A stretch of DNA of 50,797 bases, filler included, from Sphacelaria rigidula (taxonomy: Eukaryota), in NCBI GenBank assembly GCA_964200075.2. It is 3 parts of 3 records of this genome, joined end to end, with 100 filler letters (N's around TTAATTAATTAA, not from the genome) between each part and the next. Parts side by side here need not be neighbours in the genome. Positions count along the whole stretch, not along the records: positions 1 to 16,870 come from CAXNAA020001231.1; 2 more parts are not named here. The stretch is one strand, 5' to 3'. The stretch's first letter is position 1; each line of letters starts with the position of its first letter. A model generated the notes under the pieces. It saw nothing but the letters and a program-made list of their open reading frames with translations. It was not told where the DNA came from and did no database searches. Of the stretch, positions 1 to 11,300 are shown in pieces. The position numbers and the translations under genes were made by a program.

Positions 1-966
1 CCCCCCCCCCCCAGCGATCACAGTTTGCCGCAGTTTCAATGGTGTAACACGCCGCCGGCATCACACCCGACCGGTAACATCGTTTTCCCCTAGCTTGTAT
101 TTTATGGTGTACAAAACCCGATTCAGACAGTGACATTTTCCCACGATCGATTTTCGTCAATATCACGTTCTAGGTGACACCGAATTATACCTTCACCTCC
201 TCGTCGAGATATAGCGATACACGGGCTCAATCATTGGCGAGGTGGGTGGTGTTCCCAATACCGTACATGGCGAAACTCCAGGCTGAACAGACAATCGCAG
301 CTGAGGAGGACGGGGTTTTCTACACGGTACTTGACTTCAATTCCAGAACCTAAGCACGTGTTGTGACACACTCTAACTGCAAGTTCAGTGACCACTTTCA
401 AATGAATTCGCTCTTCTCGCGCTTCTTCGCCTACGCAAAATACGGTACTTTCTCCTTTTCACTACACTGGCTTGGATAAGTGTAAAATGCCGAGATGTAC
501 TGAAAAAAATATGCAATTCCAGACGCAGGTTGCCTGGAAAAATTGAAAAAAAGGGATACTAACACGCGTCGCGTGTAGCGTGATGGTTCCACCCCATCCC
601 TACCGACACGCCGGCCTTATCACTTCATAGTCGACGCACGCTCCGCAGGGTCGCCCACACTCATCGTAAGTAAGCTCTGGTCATGTACAACAAAAACTTT
701 GCGACCATACGCGTTGCCTCTCGCCCTCCCCCCTCCCCCTACAGTACACCGCCCCGCCCGCCGTCAAATTGAGGTGGAGAGAAGAGGAATTGTCGATCGT
801 AGACCAGTACACATACCCTGGCGTGGAGATATCAAAGAAATGTTCTTGCGCATATAGATTAAGGAATAGGAAAGGGCAAGGTACATATAGGCAGGATGAA
901 CACGATCCTAACAGACTCGCACGTCGACACTAGGGTTGAGGAATGTTTTATGATGATTGTGATCGT

Positions 967-1142
967 ACCACATCCTGGACAATATTGTGGTCCCTAGATG
1001 CAATAGACGAGAAGTGTACTGCATAAAAGTATAGGCCTATTGCAACTATTGCCGGCCGACAATGGTCGCAATAGACCTATACTTTATGCGGTATGCTTCT
1101 TGTCTATTGCAACTATTGACCATATATTGTCCAAGGTGCGGT
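967..1142. mobile_element. Hairpin MITE with 4-bp TSD (TCGT) inserted in the LINE
   Basis: Near-complete palindrome centred near 1053. Termini are ACCACATCCTGGACAATAT and ATATTGTCCAAGGTGCGGT, with TCGT on both sides. Removing it restores the LINE codons GTG ATC GTA CCA AAG (VIVPK). Confidence 0.8.
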
Positions 1143-2471
1143 TCGTACCAAAGCTAGAATATCCACGAGAAATATGGAAAGGAAACGCGAAGTTCGTGAA
1201 GCAGCTGGACGCAGTATAGACGGTAGCGGCTACGAAAATACTTGGAGTTTCCAAAACGATAGGTACTACAGTATCAAGAGCAGAATAGGAAATCTACCCA
1301 CTCGAATCGAATAGAAAGGAGAAAGTTGAAATGTCAATATAATGTAAGGAATATGTCAAAAATGAGATTACCAGCCATACTTCGTAGTGCTGTATGGGAA
1401 GTAACGAATGGGCAAGCTGGGATAAGGTAGGATAGCGTAGTCGAAATGTAACGGAAGGATATAGGAGGAAACCAAGAAGATGAAATATTCGTAGGTGAGT
1501 GTGGAGGGTACAAGATAAGAGTAAAAGAAAAATGTAGAAATAGGGGAAAACAAGCGATTCAACAGGAAAAAAGTGGACGAGGAAGACCCCTTCAAGATAT
1601 ACGGGTGGCTGAGATAACAGATAGGGATGAAAGCATATTTGTACGGCACAGTGGACCACGCGAAAAAGCTGAAACTGCGATTTCGGGCGGGTGACCTGAA
1701 CCTGGCAGGAAGAAGTAGGAAATAAACCAGTAGTCGGGTGGAAGAGGAAGTAGATGCACCGAAATGCCCCTGTGGCAAGGCAACAAGAGTGGAACTCATA
1801 TAGTGAGAGAATGTGAACTATACAACGAGGAAAGGGACGTCTTAACCCTTTTGGGACTGCTCTTCAGTAACAAGGGGTTCACCATGTGTTGGTAAAACAA
1901 TACTAAAAAAGTCTGGGAGGGACCGGCCCAATCACAGCGAGGCGAAATTTATCGACCACATCCGAACGACCAGTGGGGGAGGCTATCGTCGGGAGTGATG
2001 TCACTGCCGAGTTTGTGCGTACCCTGTCCCTGGTCCACAAAAACGCCTTCGGAGCAAGAGAAGGCCGTGATGGTCGGGGCTCTCTTTCCCGATTTTTTTG
2101 TCATTTACTTGCATTATATTTAGGTCCTTCCTCCATTTCCCCATTTTTTGTTTGAGTCACCATCCTAAAGTAGAAAGTACTAATTACAATAACACAGGGT
2201 GCTCGGGGGAAATACAAGAAAAGCATACCCTACTATATATATGATCATCTTCACAAGAGGACTGAATCTAGCAACGCCATGGAACGAGAGATGGAGCTAG
2301 AGGCATGAGTTCTGGGTATCTCTGTGCTGAGGTGGTACGACATACCGTGAGGTCATATGTAGTCGACGGGAGCGAACAAGCTGTGTATAGGCAGCTGATC
2401 TCCGTTGCGGAGAACTGTCCAGAACGTGTGAGGAAGTATGCAGCGGCAGCTGCTGCTGCAGTTGGAGAGGC

Positions 2472-2504
2472 GTACTGTACTGTACTGTACTGTACTGTAC
2501 TGTA
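2472..2504. repeat. (GTACT)n pentanucleotide microsatellite
   Basis: gtactgtactgtactgtactgtactgtactgta. Confidence 0.9.
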
Positions 2505-2795
2505 TGTGCGCGGAAATGCCCATGCCCTTCGAAGAGAGTTTGCTGCTTGCAAGAAAAAGGGACATTGCGGCCCACCCCGATTTCAAAGGGCTTTGTGGCA
2601 AGGCGATGGGGACAATACTATCATCCTAAGCCACAAGTGGCGGGCGGCCGGCTGGTCGCCACGTGTTCAAAGCTCTTTACGGCGACCCATGGTTCTTGAT
2701 ACATCTGTACATTACCTGATGCGCACAACACCCGAACTACAGCTTGTACCTGCACCTGAAGAGAGATTGGATGAAACTTTCGGTCCTCCTCCTAA

Positions 2796-2986
2796 GGCCG
2801 TGTCTTATAAGCACACCATATTTTGATCGAAAAAGTACGGTGGAAATCTAAAATCCCGATCTGATTGGTCGTGATTTCAACCATCTTCAAACTAAATGAC
2901 GATAATTGAAATGCCGACCTATCAGATCGGAGTTTTCCTTTTCCAACGCACATTTTCGATCGAGAAAAATGTGCTAAGACACGCCC
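2796..2986. mobile_element. PIF/Harbinger (Tourist-like) MITE
   Basis: TIRs GGCCGTGTCTTA and TAAGACACGCCC, long imperfect inverted arms, and TAA TSD at 2793-2795 and 2987-2989. Confidence 0.8.
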
Positions 2987-3590
2987 TAATCCTGCGGTTA
3001 CATACGAGTACGTGGATTTTCAGCAACATGAAGTCACTGTTTCGTGCAGACGCCTGACACGTCATTCCTCACCAGCCTCATTGGTCGTCCTGGAGACCCA
3101 GTCCCACAAGGGTTGAAGGGAAAATGTCGGAAGTAAACGAAAATGACATGAAAACTTCTGGCACATTAGGTACTAGCGAGAGAACGACCGCAATGGTGGG
3201 AGATGAATAGTGGCCCAGACGGCGAAACAGGAGGGGGGTGAGAATATGCAGAAGGCTTTCGTGTAATGTATGGGGAAAACGTACTGAGCGCCCAAATGTT
3301 GGAGGCTGTCTCCGTTAGGAATAGGAACGGTGGTCCATCTCGAAAGGGATACGTGGTCAATGGTCAAACGACTCAAGGTAAGCAACACATGAGTACGCCC
3401 TCCCCGTGTATGGTCGAAGAACGACTCGAAAAATAGGTTCCACCGACTGCTCGTTCATTTCGTTGTCGACCGTTTTTTTCTCACACCGTTTCGTTTTTCG
3501 AAAATGCTGTCGGGTTCCTTGTCGCCTTTTTTCACCCCCCGGATTTTTGCTCTCTCCTTTTTTCTCATTTTCTTGGGGGGGGGTGCTTAG

Positions 3591-6500
3591 ACAAGTGACA
3601 CCAGTGACGGCTGGGCGAGGCATAGCGACGCTGATAGGCCTCAGGCACGCGTTGCGGCTCATGGGACCGCTTGCAGGCGCTCTTGAGGTATTCAGTGATG
3701 CCAAGAAAATCCTTGTATCTGTTCTTGACTTGTTCGCGATCTTGCACATCTTGCACAACACCAGTGAACCGGTTTCTTGGTTTTGAAACCAGCTTCTCGG
3801 TACAGAAAGCACTACGAAAACGTCGGCAACAATTGATACGGGACCGATATTTTCCCCTGATGGATCGTTTTAAACCATAACGACCACAGTATCTATTACT
3901 GAGCAATGGTGTCGGCGATTTCTGTTGGTATTTCTCTCAACGGTGCTGCAACAAATGAGTGCGAATAGTACATCCTCAGCTTGCGATTCTGATCATTTTC
4001 ATTTAATATTTGTTGTTCCCATCAAACCTCACTGGCATCACTGCATTTCCATGGCAACACAATTCCCGCAGCGGTTATGGTTGCCATGTCGTTGTAGAGA
4101 TGAAGTGTGGAGTAGACGCAGATTTTACTCGTCACAGAGAGGGATCTCCTCAGGAGGCGTTGGATCTGTCGATAAGGAACTGGGTCCTGCTGAATACACC
4201 TCGTGGGTGTGTGACGGACCGGTGTCGCGGAACCCCCAAAACGTCATGAGCGGGCTCTGTACACCGCGTCTGCAGCTGCGTTGTGCTTTCATCGTATCAC
4301 AGGGGAAGGGAGAAGGGAGGTTTTAATCGATCGATACACAAGAGTAGCAGTATACACTGTTACGACAATGGACAGAGCATCCTAGTTCAATGCACACGGA
4401 GGAAGTCATCATGTTTGATATCCATAGATGAAGAGCTCTTTCATCATACGCCGGATAGATGTATTTTTTTTATTATTTTCATTTATTATTTTTATTTGTC
4501 TCTCTCTGAACCCTTCCCCTTCCTGGGGGCGAGTCCGTGTTCTCAAGGGATCAACCCATCTCTCCCCGGCACGCGCCTTGCATTTTGGTCGCGCGGATGG
4601 GGCAGCACTCCCACACCGCGTCAACTCACGTCGAACAAGCTCAGTTGACTTCTTTGTTTATTCACGTTCTCACGCGTTCCACGGCGGAAATCAGATTTGA
4701 CGAAGGAAAAATCCAACGCATCGGGAATTGAACCCTCGTTCTCTCCACCCTAATGGCGACGGTCGGACCATTATATATATATATATATATATATATCCTC
4801 ACAAACATACACATTTATATATATATATGTGTATGTACAAACAAACACATTTATATATATATATATGTGTATGTACAAGGGTACGACGGCTAGCACCGCC
4901 ACACTCGAAGGGTCGACAGCCAAGGGATATGTTGATTTCTGGTGGTGGCGAGAAAATGCAGGCCTGACCCCGTGAACAAAAACGCGTGTAGCGTAAAGTA
5001 ACAGCAGCGGTAGCAACACCAGCACCAGTATACTGTAGAGACAGTAAAAAAAACAAATACACACAAAGGGTCAGCACCCATTGAAATGGTGTCCATTATA
5101 TTCGTGGAAATAGCAGATTACTTTCGAAAATGAGGCAGAACATTAAGATGAGGCTCGACTCCGAAACAGTGCTTTCCCTGACCTGAAGTCATGACAAACG
5201 ACTTTCACATGGATGACCTCATGCCCCCCGGTCTCGCTGGAGCTATGTTTGGGGGTTTGCCGTCTTCCGTTCCCCCAAAGAGTATGTGCGAAAGCACCTT
5301 ATTCAGGCTGAAAATCGCCCCTTTTTTCACCACGAAATGAGGCAAAAAGGTGCATTCGAACATACCCTTCGGGGGAACGGAAGACGGGAAACCCCCAAAA
5401 ATGTTTTTCAGGGAGGTCGGGGTCATGAGGTCGTCCACATGAAAGTCATGTCATAACTTTAGGTCAGGGAAATGCACTAATCTTGAGTTGAACTCCATTT
5501 TTATGTTCAACACCATTTTCGAAATAATCTTCTTGAATGATCAAAACCCGCATCCGGCCATTCATTACGAGAAAATATCGCATGTGCCGTACAGTAGCAG
5601 CAGCAGCAGCAGTATAGAGACAGCACAAAAATGGAATTGGGAATGAGATGACGCGGCATGCGTGCGAGATCAAAATACGCTCGAGGTGTGCAAGATCTTC
5701 CCCAAGAGGTAGACTGTGTTCAGTGGAGAATCGTGGCACGTCTATATCTGGTTTCTTGTGTGATTCTCGAGTGAAAATGATGCCAATTTTCAATTTTCAC
5801 GTGAGAATGATGCCCGTTCAACAAATGAAGAGCGGTCGAGGGGGAGCCTCCGACGGTCGAAGGGCCCGCTGAGACGTGAACAACGGAAATCGAACGGTAC
5901 ACATGGCAACGCCATAACGCCATGCAAAACACAGCGCGGAAGTCAACTGTACTCCAAACTCAAGAAGAAATAGAATGCACCCTCATTTCTAGTGAAATGC
6001 AAGCGAAGAGGTATCAGATCAGCGGAACGATGCACTGTATTACCAAGTAAAGACGAAATGCTGGCTTGTGAGCGCTCGGCAGCCGAATGACACAGAGAAG
6101 GGGTTCGAACGAAAAAGTAATTGATAAGGTTGGTATGCAACTGCTACATCCAACTGGTTGCAATCAGTACCTCGTGCACATCTTGTGCTGTCGATCTCAG
6201 GAGGGTATCGAAGAGAGCCGTGAGACCCGAGAGCAGTCACACAGAGATATCCGCAGCCCAGCCCCGGAGAAGCGGGGGCACGAAGACACAGCAGCAGATG
6301 GCGGTAGTGCCCTACTTCTGGCTATGCTCGACAATTTCCGCGATCAAACCCTTCAGAAGCTTCTCGAAAAACTCGACTCCATCGTGACGGAGAGTACGGT
6401 GTACACGAGGAACTCTGCCGCGATGCGTCATCAGGTGAATCGGTTTGATTGGGCTATTCCGGAGATAGTCAAGTACTCATGAGGATGTAACACCCAACAG

Positions 6501-8360
6501 TTGGTGTCTATCGCTCATGCAACATTTTTCGAGCTATATATCCGAATGTTATTTCAAGTTCGTGAGAAGTCGGCCGTCGCTCGTACCGGCGTTCATGCAT
6601 ACCTGACCTGTGGCGATGCGCCTCGTGCGTGATGCCGATGTCACCCACCAATATACCACCATGGGCACTGCAAGCGCAGGTGAGCCCCTTGGTACGCCGT
6701 GGTCGTGACTTAGTTACTTGAATGATCAGTCCGGTACAGACGGTATAACCGGTAATACGGTGTCGTTCACAAAACAAAAAATCCCCGTGAACACCCTTTT
6801 TCATTGTGCACGCTTTGTTGCAGTCGAGACGGGGTATACCCGATCGCGTATCAGCAAAAAGCAAACGAGGATTAGACATGGGCTGTATTATGATAATGCA
6901 AAAAAGCGTAGGCGCACCGTATGATTATGGTATTGGTCGAGGTTTTCGAAACAGTAGAGTACAGTAGTTTAAAAGAACAAAGAACCAGAAAATGCGAGGA
7001 GTTGTCGATACAATTATCTGTAGTGGTGCACGAACACTGTGTAGCCGAAGCATCCGTATCCTTCTTCCCTGCAGGGCACATGTCCAGCACATGAGCACAC
7101 AGCAGTGTACTCGACGTAACGTAGTACATATTCTCCTGTAGAGTAGGGACTTCTCTGTGGACCATAGTAAACTTCTGCAGTGAAGATCTCTACTTGCGAG
7201 AAAGTGAAGGAGAAACAGGATGTACCGTGGATATGACCCCGCCACCCGGGTGTAGGAGGAAGTAGATGCACCGAATTACCCTTGTGGCAAAGCGACGGAG
7301 AGTAGAAGTCATGTTGTGAGATATTGTGAACTATGCGAGGAGAAACGGGACGTGTTAGAGGGGGAAATGTTGGAAACGGAGGTGGCATAAAATCGTCTGG
7401 TGCATAGATAGTAGAGAGAAAACAATATCTGTACTAGGAGATAAATGGTGGCCACAGACAGCGAAACTGGAAGGGGACAAGATATGTCAATGGTTTTGCG
7501 TAATGTACGGAAGAAAGGTACTAAGCGCCCAAATGTTGAAGGTGTCTCTATTAGAAGTAGGAACGGTGGTCCGTCTCGAAAGGGATGCATGGTCAGTGGT
7601 CCGTCTCCTCCTGCGAAGACCAGTTTAGAAATGACCATCAATCATTTCATGTAATAAATTTCCCCGACTTCGGGTCAACTTGCACCAATCTCTCAACAAG
7701 AGTGTATGTCCTCGCTTCGAGTCCAGCAAAACATTCGTAATACGTGGACTAACTTCATCTTCAGACGTCTGATGTTGTTTAGCAAGTCAATTACATGGGT
7801 TCAGTCTGCCCTCTACCGATTCAGACTTATTGGAATGTCAAGATCAAGATTTTTTCACGTGGAAGTACACCTTGGCCTGGTATTGATGGATTGGTCGATC
7901 GGTTGACGCCAATCGACTGTTCCTCGACAAACTCAGCCGTGTTCATAATATGGTCGTACCCGAAGGGTTCACATATTTTCATGCATATATCCAGAGTGTG
8001 TGTTGTCATCCCATCTATTCTGGACGCCGCTGTACACCTTTCGGTATATGTGGGCGCACCAGCCGGGGTCACACAGGAGGAAGGTCAACATAAGAGTTTT
8101 CCCCCTTTTTCTTTGTTTTTTGTACCCCACCTTCATTCTACGGTGCTTGCCTTTTATTCTTATCGCGAGAGGAGTTCAGCAGCCCCTTTCCCTTGTCGAC
8201 CATGAAGTCGAATTTTATGTACCCACGACATACTCGCCCTCCACTCTTGGGCATGGTGTGAGAAACAATCCCAGTTCGCTCCGAGATTTGAACACACGAC
8301 CCAACCATCAGAAGGTTCCGAGGTTAACGACTGAGCCGTCTTGTTTTAGACCTGCGGCCT

Positions 8361-8392
<32 letters not shown>

Positions 8393-11300
8393 ATTTTTCG
8401 TCCGCTGCTTGCCTTAGTGATTTGACCACGCACTCCTTTCGGGACGGACCGCCGTTCCCACTCCTAATAGAGACACCTCCAACATCTGGGCGCTCAGTAC
8501 CTTTCCCCCATACCTTACACAAGAACTTTTCCTACTTTCTAATATACCAAACGTTTTCGTGGTACCTTCGTTTACTTACCACGTTTTCCCCTCTAAGACG
8601 TCCCGTTCCTTCTTGTATAGTTCGCATTATATCACAATATGAGTTCTACTCTCTGTTGCTTTCCCACAGGGGTAATTCTGTGCATGTACTTCCTCCTTTT
8701 TCCGACTCCTGGTATACCTTTTACCTCTTCGTGGCAGGTCCAGGTCCCCCTCCTGGAATCGCAGTTTCAGCATTTTCGCGTGGTCCACTGCGCCATGCAA
8801 ATATGTTTTCATCCCTTTTGTATATCTTCCCTAACGTATGTGTGTGGGGGTGGGCAGGAATGCTTTGCCGTTCGTCCAGACGTGGACGGTATGCTCGACG
8901 TTTCCCGGAAGACCTTTCTCCAGTGCATGGAGGATATTTTCCAGACGGCTGATACTATGAGCGAGGAATACGGTTATCAGGTCAAGGTGCACGCTTTTAC
9001 GGGAGGCCTTTGGTACTCAAACGACTGAGTTGTACAGTAAAAGCCGTCGCTCCGTGCTGCCCTGTATCAAGCGCAAGCATGGCTGAGATTTTTTCCCATC
9101 AAAGCGCTTCACGAGGGGTGGGTCATCCGATCTGTTGCGGCCTTCTTAGCAACGCCGATAACACCGCTCGCTCCCCGCCTCCCTCTCCCTCCGTTCGCGT
9201 GTAGAGTTTCCACCCGGAGCACAGCCAGCAGGGTTAGTTAGTGTGGTTGGCAGACACGGAAATGGGTTCAAGCCGGGCAAAACCCTTGAAGTCGACGAAG
9301 GAAATATTGAATGTTGTCTCCATGCACGTATGTGACCAATAGAAGGTGTGACTGTTTCATTTTTCGCCCCATGCTTTTGCTGCCGGGCTTGTTTTGTGCG
9401 CGTGTGTATCTGTCACATCTGTCATCATTTTTTTTTAGCGTTTTAGTTACTCTTATTCTTGTTTGCCTTTCGAACAGAACGGCACGAAATGTGGTCGGGA
9501 ATTCTCCACGGGGTCAGACATGAAGTTTATTTTTTTTTTGTGGTTGTGTTACGCATGTTTAGTTGCACCGGTATCTGGCACCATGCCTAAGATAACAACT
9601 CGAATGCCGCGGTATTTTTGCCTTGGTTGGCGGTGTGATGGCATCGTTTCGATTGAGCCACCGTTGGGGCATAGCGCTCAAGTGGCAGTTATGAGACCAG
9701 CTTCCCTTCGTATCTTCAGTTCATGTGTTCGCTTATTAGGAAGCATTATGCAATTTTTGATAGTTTACGAATGTTTCACATGTCGGACAACTCATGAGTT
9801 GAGTCAGTTATGCTGTATAACTCACCCAGTCATGAAGTGCATCGCTGAGTTATGCTCTATAACTCACCTGGCCAAAATGTGCACCGCTGAGTTATAGTTT
9901 GTAACTCCCCCGGCCAGAATGTGCACCGCTGAGTTATACTGTACAGCTCGCTTGACCAAGATATGCATCGATGAGTTATAGTTTATAACTCACCCGGTCG
10001 GAATGTACACCGCTGAGTTGTAGTTTATAACTCACCTGGCCAGAATGTGCATCGCTGAATTATAGTTCATAACTTACCCGGCCGGAATGTGCACCGCTGA
10101 GTTATAGTTTAAAACTCGCCCGGTAACTCACTGGTGAGTTATCGGAAAATGAGTTATGAGGAACAACTCACCCGACTGAAAACACGCAGAGAACGATGAT
10201 CGACATTAGTCACTCATGTAAGAGGAAACGCGCGATCACGTGACACGTCTGCCAGTACACGTAGCGTGAGAAGCGGAGTATAGGCGTATATATCAATACT
10301 GCTGCAGGTGTAATACGAGTAAAGAATACCAAAATAAGACCGTTTCTTGCGGTTTGTTTTCTGGGGGGGGAGGGGGGGAGGGAGGTTCATGTGGCGTAGC
10401 ACCGCTGGAGTCCGTGGTGGGTACCATAATAGACGATCGTATCGTGTGTCGCATGCAAGGCAACTCTCTATGATCGTCGTGCACGCGCCAAGCGTGTGGA
10501 TGTGGGTGTGGATGCGTGTGTGTGTGGAAGGGGGGTGTCACACAAACTGAGGGATCAAGACGGGCTATTTCAGTAAAACTCAGAACTCAGAACACAAAAG
10601 CGAGTGATGTGGCCGTGTTATGAGTTGAGGGGTAAAGATTAGTGATCTCAGAACTCCGAACACAAAGTTGCTCAGAACTCCGAACACAAACCTGAGTGAC
10701 ATGGCTATGTTACATGAGTTCGGGGGTAAAGGTGAGCTATTTCAGAACTCAGACCTCAAAAGTAAGAGGTTTCAGAACTCAGAACACATAACGGAGCTCC
10801 AGATCTCTTTTTATTCTTTGATTTTTATTTTACCTTCCACCCCGGCCAGAATGTGCACCGCTGACTTATCTTCTATAACTCACCTGGCCAAGGTATGCAT
10901 CGATGCGTTATCTTCTAGGACTCACCCGGCCAGAATGTGCACCGCTGATTTATACTGTGTAACTCACCTGACCAAGATATGCACCCCTGAGTTATAGTTT
11001 ATAACTCACCCGGCCAGAATGTGCACCGCTGAGTTGTAGTTTATAACTCACCCGGCCAGAGTTGGCACCGCTGAGTGATGATGCTATAACTCACTGGTGC
11101 GTTATGCGTAAAAGAGTTAACTCATGTTGACCTGAGTTGAGTTGTCCGACGTGTGGAATGTTTCTAGTGCTGTACACACATCGTCACCGTGAAGGTCAGT
11201 GTTTCATGGCGCAGTTAAGGTATTCGCAGTAAAAATGAGATAATCAAAGCCACGTGCAGACTGTATGATAATCGAGTAGAGAAGAGCGACAATGCGAGCG

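Larger units (their letters stand above)
1846..3112. mobile_element. piggyBac-like non-autonomous DNA transposon inserted in the LINE
   Basis: TIRs CCCTTTTGGGACTG (1846-1859) and CAGTCCCACAAGGG (3099-3112) match 13/14 and are flanked by TTAA and TTGA. The LINE is continuous across this point in the copies near 7350 and 8590. Confidence 0.75.
765..3405 (+). mobile_element. Degenerate non-LTR retrotransposon (LINE ORF2 3' half and 3' end), interrupted by nested DNA elements
   Basis: Broken frames give IVDQYTYPGVEISK (end of RT, YLG-like), VIVPKLEY..EIW.GNAKFVKQL, GMKAYL.G.VDHAKKLKLRFR.GDL, and CPCGKA...THIV.EC (CCHC-type C-terminal motif). The sequence resumes at 3117 after the 1846-3112 insertion and runs to the conserved 3' end ...GGTCAATGGTCAAA..AAGCAAC..ATGAGTACGCCC. 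Confidence 0.8.

Noticed and set aside
2305-2826. 173-aa plus-strand ORF
   Set aside because: It lies within the piggyBac-like element, crosses a (GTACT)n microsatellite and ends in a MITE, with no transposase motifs.
9819-11100. 42-bp arrays as a CRISPR array or repeat protein (ORFs 9463-9897 and 10668-10997)
   Set aside because: The units are contiguous with no unique spacers, no cas genes are present, and they lie inside a TIR/TSD-bounded element. The ORFs arise because 42 is a multiple of 3.
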